Below, piece after piece: positions 58,750 to 64,000 of a DNA stretch of 64,000 bases; positions within the stretch are counted from its first letter, which is position 1, and each line of letters opens with the position of its first letter. The position numbers were made by a program, and so were the translations under genes. The notes under the pieces were generated by a model. That model saw only the letters and a list, made by a program, of their open reading frames with translations, did no database searches and was not told the DNA's origin. Origin of the DNA: Alphaproteobacteria bacterium (GTDB taxonomy: Bacteria > Pseudomonadota > Alphaproteobacteria > VGEJ01); assembly GCA_965248765.1 (NCBI GenBank), contig CBDFKF010000003.1:386257-450256 (forward strand). Direction: 5' to 3'.

Positions 58750-59535
58750 ATGCGGAGCGTGGTGGGGATGACCGCAAGGGCCGCCGCGGCAGTAGCCTTC
58801 AGCATTGCCCTGTGGCTTGGCGCGGGAAGTACCGCACAAGCGGCCGAGGGGGCTCAGTTCGAGTCGCGGAGCTGGTCGTTCTACGGCCTGTTCGGCACTT
58901 ACGACCGCGGTGCGTTGCAACGCGGCTTTCAGGTCTATGCGGAGGTCTGCTCCGCCTGTCACGGGCTTAACCGCATCGCCTTTCGCAACCTGATCGACCT
59001 CGGTTTCTCCGATGCCGAGGCCAAGGCGATCGCGGCAAGCTATGAGGTCGAGGACGGCCCCGATGCAGAGGGCGAGATGTTCTTCCGGCCGGGCCGGCTC
59101 GCCGATCGCTTTGTGCCGCCGTTCGCGAACGATAATGCGGCGCGGGCCTCGAACAATGGGGCCCTGCCGCCCGACCTCTCGCTCATCATCAAGGCACGCC
59201 AGGGCGGCCCCGACTACCTCTATGCCCTTCTCGTCGGCTACGCCCACCCGCCCGGTGGCGAGGAATTAGCGGACGGCATGAGCTATAATCTCGCCTTCCC
59301 CGGCCACCAGATCGCGATGCCGCCACCGCTGTTCGCCGACGGCGTCGAGTTCGCCGACGGCACGTCAGCGACCGTCGCGCAGATGGCCGACGACGTGAGC
59401 CATTTCCTCGCGTGGACGTCCGAGACCAAGCTCGAGGAACGCAAGCGGCTCGGCCTCAAGGTGATGATCTTCCTGATCATCATGACGGCGCTCCTGTATG
59501 CCGTGAAGCGCCGCGTCTGGTCAGACCAGCACTAG
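58750..59535 (+). CDS. petC: cytochrome c1
   Basis: Signal peptide, CSACH haem-binding motif and C-terminal membrane anchor. Follows petB by 5 bp. Confidence 0.85.
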   Translation: MRSVVGMTARAAAAVAFSIALWLGAGSTAQAAEGAQFESRSWSFYGLFGTYDRGALQRGFQVYAEVCSACHGLNRIAFRNLIDLGFSDAEAKAIAASYEVEDGPDAEGEMFFRPGRLADRFVPPFANDNAARASNNGALPPDLSLIIKARQGGPDYLYALLVGYAHPPGGEELADGMSYNLAFPGHQIAMPPPLFADGVEFADGTSATVAQMADDVSHFLAWTSETKLEERKRLGLKVMIFLIIMTALLYAVKRRVWSDQH

Positions 59536-59593
59536 CAACACGCCGACCCGCGACGCGGCCTTAGCCACAAGCGGGCCGATTCGCGCATCACTC

Positions 59594-60277
59594 CTAAGCC
59601 GCCTCGGGACCCGGGGGCGGGGTCGCGAAGTGACCACGCTTGACGTAGAGCCGACACGCCCCAGCCGCGGCAAGCGGTCGCGCATGGCCGATCGGCGAGC
59701 GTATCCAGGTACCCGTGCCGTGCAACCCAAGGGCGCCGGTGCAGGCGCCATCGAGGACGAAGATCTCCTCTCCTCCGGGCAGCTCGCGCGCCGGCAACAT
59801 GGCACCTGGGCTGAGCCGGTACAGCGCCGCGGATTCCGCTTCGTAGCGGTGCAGAGGCATGATCTCGATCCCCGTCCGCGACGTCGATCGCCATAGGTCC
59901 TCGCGCGTTGTGTCGATGCGGACGAACTCCTGATCGCCCGCATGCATCCACCACAGCTTGACGAAGATGGCGGTGCCATCGGCCGAATGCGGCGCATGGC
60001 GCGAGCCGACGGGATTGCGCACATAGGTGCCGGTTGGGAAGTCGCCGGCCTCGTCCGAAAACGTCCCCTCCAGCACGATGAACTCCTCGCCGCCGCTATG
60101 GATGTGGGGGGCGAAAGAGCTTTCGGGGGCGTAGCGCACGATGCTGGTGACGCGCGCGACCTCCTCGCCGTCGCGTTCGAGCATGCGCCGCTCTACGCCG
60201 GCGAGCGGCGAGGGAATCCAAGGGAGAGTGCTGCTGTCCACCAGGGCCGGGCGCGACAGATCGGCGTTGATCTTCAT
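59594..60277 (-). CDS. cupin domain protein (ChrR-like C-terminal cupin)
   Basis: 227 aa with two cupin-like halves (HSGGEEFIVLEG…). Confidence 0.55.
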   Translation of the reverse strand: MKINADLSRPALVDSSTLPWIPSPLAGVERRMLERDGEEVARVTSIVRYAPESSFAPHIHSGGEEFIVLEGTFSDEAGDFPTGTYVRNPVGSRHAPHSADGTAIFVKLWWMHAGDQEFVRIDTTREDLWRSTSRTGIEIMPLHRYEAESAALYRLSPGAMLPARELPGGEEIFVLDGACTGALGLHGTGTWIRSPIGHARPLAAAGACRLYVKRGHFATPPPGPEAA

Positions 60278-60403
60278 CCAGTGATTGCCTCGGGCATGAA
60301 ATTTTTTTCGAGGTTAGCACGGCCGTCGGGCCGCGTGCTCGGGTGGGTGCAGCAGCCGCGACGATGGGTTACCGTCGCCGCTTTCGCCACGGGAGGACGC
60401 GAA

Positions 60404-61315
60404 ATGCGGGTGTTCGTAACGGGAGCGACGGGCTATGTCGGCAACGCGGTGGCCGAGGTGCTGCTGGGGGCCGGCCATGCGGTCACAGGGCTCGTTCGGA
60501 CCGAGGAGAAGGCGAAGGCGCTGCGGAACCGCGGGGCAGCGGCCATCGTCGGCGATATCACCGAGCCGGCAAGCTACCGCGAGGAAGCGGCATCGCACGA
60601 AGCGATCATCCACGCTGCGGCGGTCGCCGACGGCATGGCCGAGGCCGACCGCACGGCGGTCGATGCCCTGATCGACGCGGCGCAGCAGGGCGCCGGTGTC
60701 CGATCGCTCATCTATACGTGCGGCTATCTGGTGGTCGGCGAGACCGGTGACGAGGCGGTCGGGGAGGATGCGCCCACCGATCACCCGATCGCGCTCGTGG
60801 CATGGCGCCCACCGCACGAACGGGCGGTGCTGGCGGCGGCGACCGATACCCTGGCGACCGCGTCCATTCGCCCGGGCTGGGTCTACGGTGGACCGGCGGG
60901 CTACGGCGGCGCTCACGTTAGCCAGTACTTTCAACGAGCTGAGAGCGAAGGGGCGGCGTCACATGTCGGCGATGGCGCCAACTATCAGTCGATGATCCAC
61001 CGCAACGACCTCGCCGAGCTCTATCGCCTCGTTCTTGACCGCAAGGCCCGCGGGGTTTTCCACGGCGTGGATGGAACGCCGGTGACGCTCGGCGAGGTGG
61101 CCGCCGCGGCAAGCCGGGCAGCAGGCGGCGAAGGGCGGACCCGCCAGATCCCGCTCGAGGAGGCGAAGGCCGAGATGGGGCTGTTCGCAGATGTCCTGGT
61201 AGCCAACCAACGGGTGATCGCGCCGCGTGCCAAGGCCGAGGTCGGCTGGAAGGCCGCGCGGCCACCGTTCACCGAGGGAGCGGAGCGGGCCTACGCCGAA
61301 TGGAAAGCCGGCTGA
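60404..61315 (+). CDS. NAD(P)-dependent epimerase/dehydratase (NmrA-like atypical SDR)
   Basis: MRVFVTGATGYVGNAV Rossmann start. About 300 aa. The ORF track extends 5', but ATG 60404 is preceded by GGAGGA. Confidence 0.7.
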   Translation: MRVFVTGATGYVGNAVAEVLLGAGHAVTGLVRTEEKAKALRNRGAAAIVGDITEPASYREEAASHEAIIHAAAVADGMAEADRTAVDALIDAAQQGAGVRSLIYTCGYLVVGETGDEAVGEDAPTDHPIALVAWRPPHERAVLAAATDTLATASIRPGWVYGGPAGYGGAHVSQYFQRAESEGAASHVGDGANYQSMIHRNDLAELYRLVLDRKARGVFHGVDGTPVTLGEVAAAASRAAGGEGRTRQIPLEEAKAEMGLFADVLVANQRVIAPRAKAEVGWKAARPPFTEGAERAYAEWKAG

Positions 61316-61361
61316 GGACGCTTCACATCAGGATGGACGCCGTCCCTTATTCAACAGCCGG

Positions 61362-61991
61362 CTAGTCCGGCTTAGGGATCCAGAGGCCTTTCTGCACTGC
61401 CGGCCTGGCGTGGATCGCATCGAACCAGCGCTTAAGGTGCGGGAAATCGTCAAAGCCGATGTCGTGCCAATCGTAGCGGAACACCCAGGGGAAGGTCGCA
61501 ATATCGGCGATCGAGTAGTCGTCAACCAGAAACTCCCGATCGCTTAGGCGTTTATCCAAAACGCCGTAGAGCCGGCGCGTCTCGGTCTGGTAGCGGTTGT
61601 ACGAATAGGGCTTGTCGGCCTGCTTGCCCCGGAAGTGATGAAGCTGGCCGAACATCGGTCCGACACCGCCCATTTGGAACATCAGCCACTGGATGACGTC
61701 GTAGCGGCGACGATGATCGGTGGGGAAGAAGCGGCCGGTCTTGTCGCCAAGGTACATCAGCATCGCGCCGGACTCGAAGAGCGTGTACGGCCCGCCCTCC
61801 GCATCCTGGTCGATCATGGCCGGGATCTTGCCGTTGGGGTTGATCGCCAGGAAATCGGGCGCGAACTGATCGCCCTTGGCGATGTTGATGGGATGGACGG
61901 TGTAGGCGAGCTCGACCTCCTCGAGCATGATCGTCGCCTTACGGCCGTTGGAGGTGAGCCAGGTGTAGAGCTCGATCATTGCATCACTCAC
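61362..61991 (-). CDS. glutathione S-transferase
   Basis: GST N-terminal thioredoxin-like domain and a C-terminal helical domain. 209 aa. Confidence 0.75.
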   Translation of the reverse strand: MSDAMIELYTWLTSNGRKATIMLEEVELAYTVHPINIAKGDQFAPDFLAINPNGKIPAMIDQDAEGGPYTLFESGAMLMYLGDKTGRFFPTDHRRRYDVIQWLMFQMGGVGPMFGQLHHFRGKQADKPYSYNRYQTETRRLYGVLDKRLSDREFLVDDYSIADIATFPWVFRYDWHDIGFDDFPHLKRWFDAIHARPAVQKGLWIPKPD

Positions 61992-63421
61992 AATTTGTCG
62001 GCGAGCGGAGGCTTCCGCTGGGTCCAGGTCCGCGCAGTCTCGAGCTGGTAGCCGAGACGGAATAGGGTCGCCTCATCGCCGTGTCTGGCCACCAGCTGGA
62101 CCGCCACCGGGGTGCCTTTACCCGAGAGGCCGATGGGGAGCATCATCGCCGGCTGGCCGGTGTGGTTGAACCACACCGTAAAGGGGCTGAACCGGGCGAT
62201 GCGGTCCCAATACTCATCGACGTCGTCCATCATCATATCGAGCCAGCCGAGTTCGGGCGGGTCCATCGCCAGGCCCGGCGTCACCAGTACATCGTAGGTG
62301 CGGTGGAACGCCGCCATCTGGCGCCCGAGGTGATGGGCGGTCATCACCGCGCGCTGGTACAACGGCGCCGCCATTGCCTCGCCCATCTCAGCGGTCTTGC
62401 GCGTGACCGTCTCGACCTCGTCCGGACCGGGACGACGGCCCGAGGGGTGGCTAGCCAGCATGACCGCGAGATTGGTCGCGATGATGGTGCGGAAGGCCGG
62501 CTGGATCGCCTCACCCTCGATCTCGGGGTCGGCCTCTTCGACGTTGTGGCCAAGCTCCTTCAACAGGTACACGGTCTCGTTCAGCACGCGCATTGGCACA
62601 TCGCCAATCGGGACGCCGTTCGGCGCTTTCGAGGTGTAGGCGATGCGCAACTTATCCGGCTTTTCCCCGATCTCCTCGAGAAAGGGACGTGCGGGTGGTG
62701 GCGCGACATACGGATCGCCCTCGCCGGGTCCGGAGGTAGCATCGAGGAGCGCGGCGGAATCGCGCACCGTCAGGGTCACCGCATGCTCCTGCGCCAAGCC
62801 CGCCAGGCCCTCGCCGAGGTAGGGCGCGAAGGTGTTGCGCCCGCGGGTCGGCTTGAGGCCGACCAAGCCGCAGCAGGCGGCCGGCGCGCGGATCGAGCCG
62901 AAGCCGTCGCTGGCGTGGGCCATCGGCAGGATCCGTGCGCCCACCGCGGCAGCAGCGCCGCCGCTCGAGCCGCCGGATATCAGGTCGGTGTTCCAGGGAT
63001 TGCGCGTCGGACCATGGAACTGCGGCTCGCAGGTGAGGCTCGCGCCCAGCTCGCAGGTGTTGGTCTTGCCGAAGATGACAAGCCCGGCCTTCTTAAGCCG
63101 GAGGACCATCTCGCTGTCGCGGGGCGGGACCTGATCGGCGAAGAAGCGGCTGCCGCGGGTGGTGGGCACGCCGGCGAGCGATGCGGAAAGCTCCTTGAGC
63201 AGGTAGGGCACGCCTTTGAGCGGGCCGTCGGGCAGGCCGTCATCGATCGCCTTGCGACCGTGGTCATAAAGCTTGGTGACGACCGCGTTGATCTCCGGGT
63301 TGCGGGCCTCGACCCGCGCAATCGCCTCCTCCAAGAGCGCGAGTGGCGTGATCTCGCCCCGACGCACGAGGCGCGCAAGGCCAACGGCGTCATGGAACTC
63401 ATAATCGTCGAATTTACCCAC
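61988..63421 (-). CDS. amidase (amidase-signature family)
   Basis: [11 protein letters not shown] plus the Ser-cisSer-Lys triad context ([15 protein letters not shown]). Confidence 0.85.
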   Translation of the reverse strand: MGKFDDYEFHDAVGLARLVRRGEITPLALLEEAIARVEARNPEINAVVTKLYDHGRKAIDDGLPDGPLKGVPYLLKELSASLAGVPTTRGSRFFADQVPPRDSEMVLRLKKAGLVIFGKTNTCELGASLTCEPQFHGPTRNPWNTDLISGGSSGGAAAAVGARILPMAHASDGFGSIRAPAACCGLVGLKPTRGRNTFAPYLGEGLAGLAQEHAVTLTVRDSAALLDATSGPGEGDPYVAPPPARPFLEEIGEKPDKLRIAYTSKAPNGVPIGDVPMRVLNETVYLLKELGHNVEEADPEIEGEAIQPAFRTIIATNLAVMLASHPSGRRPGPDEVETVTRKTAEMGEAMAAPLYQRAVMTAHHLGRQMAAFHRTYDVLVTPGLAMDPPELGWLDMMMDDVDEYWDRIARFSPFTVWFNHTGQPAMMLPIGLSGKGTPVAVQLVARHGDEATLFRLGYQLETARTWTQRKPPLADKL

Positions 63422-63439
63422 GCGGTCCCTCCCCCACGC

Positions 63440-63880
63440 TCAAGCTGCGCCGGCCCGGCGCCAGACAAGACGGTTGGTCATCGTGGCGCCGGATGCCGTG
63501 GTCTGGCGCGCGCTCAACACCATCACATCGCCGCGGTAGTCGATCTCCCGAGTTTGGGCAGTGCCCACGAAGTCGGGGTTGAGCGCCTGTTCTATCTCGT
63601 GGACCATCTCGCCGTCCGCAAGCCGCCATCGGCCAGCGTAGCCGAAGTAGCCATCGAAGGCGGCCGCCCGCTCAGCCTCGGGCGCCTTGCGGGCGTTCGC
63701 ATTCGAAAGCGAGGCGCGGCCTGCGCGCATGATGGAAACTGCCATGGCGCCGTCGGCGGCGTAGATAAGAACGCCCTGCGCGCCCTCGCCAAACGGCCGG
63801 CTCAGGGTGCGACCGTCGTCGTACTCGATCGTCCAGTCATCGAGCTGCCAACTGCCGATCAGTTCGTGCGGTTTGATCAT
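63440..63880 (-). CDS. lipocalin-like domain protein
   Basis: 146 aa. LIGSWQLDDWTIEYDDGRT…GVLIY is typical of small bacterial lipocalin-like/DUF proteins. Confidence 0.45.
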   Translation of the reverse strand: MIKPHELIGSWQLDDWTIEYDDGRTLSRPFGEGAQGVLIYAADGAMAVSIMRAGRASLSNANARKAPEAERAAAFDGYFGYAGRWRLADGEMVHEIEQALNPDFVGTAQTREIDYRGDVMVLSARQTTASGATMTNRLVWRRAGAA

Positions 63881-64000
63881 GGCTGCATAATATCAGGCCT
63901 ATGGCGCGGCTGGTGGCGCCCGCCTTGTCAGGCAGTGGCTGCCCCGCCAAGATGCGGGCACATACGAAACCCTTGGGGGAGAACGATGAGCGAGGCCAAG

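Noticed and set aside
57535-59535. 666-aa plus-strand ORF through petB and petC
   Set aside because: Out-of-frame in petB. Only its last 262 aa (cytochrome c1, from ATG 58750) are real.
63986-64000. ATG 63986 (MSEAK…) running off the window edge
   Set aside because: Only 5 codons are visible. It cannot be evaluated.

Overview
This window is a 64 kb stretch of a high-GC (about 68%) chromosome, most likely alphaproteobacterial. It shows tyrC-hisC-chorismate mutase, metXW and petABC/fbcFBC synteny, hemF, panE, queF and gamma-glutamyltransferase. It is a mosaic of housekeeping operons and heavily decayed accessory DNA.

The core-like parts are 57-17697 and 55955-63880.

The accessory parts contain:
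- Three IS elements. An ISNCY-family IS truncates a REC-PAS-GGDEF gene. An IS1182-family IS with terminal inverted repeats and a target duplication splits the transketolase N-subunit gene. An IS5/IS427-type IS with an A6G programmed-frameshift site sits directly 3' of a myo-inositol-1-phosphate synthase gene.
- A lambda-like prophage head-module remnant (terS, frameshifted terL, gpW, frameshifted portal, and a protease fragment).
- Tandem DUF3489 paralogs.
- Phage-type DNA methyltransferases: one truncated, one frameshifted.
- A HicAB toxin-antitoxin pair.
- An inverted duplicate fragment of the terminase gene.
- A degraded type-IVb/R64-like pilus (or T2SS) cluster remnant.

The main candidate system is a lower-GC (about 58-60%) island, 41711-45911. 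It encodes MIPS, an IMPase-family phosphatase, and a fused cytidylyltransferase/CDP-alcohol phosphotransferase with the DGCDGEIAR motif (IPCT/DIPPS architecture). That is a complete gene set for di-myo-inositol-phosphate-type inositol phosphodiester compatible-solute synthesis, which is unexpected in this lineage. It appears partly inactivated by an in-frame TGA, a frameshift and an adjacent IS.

Across the whole window, at least 10 genes carry frameshifts (several at G/C runs) or in-frame TGA codons (two of them where a conserved Trp is expected). This indicates either genuine pseudogenization (a host-restricted or decaying genome) or indel-prone sequencing. The IS insertions themselves cannot be sequencing artefacts.

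No rRNA, tRNA or CRISPR array was recognised.
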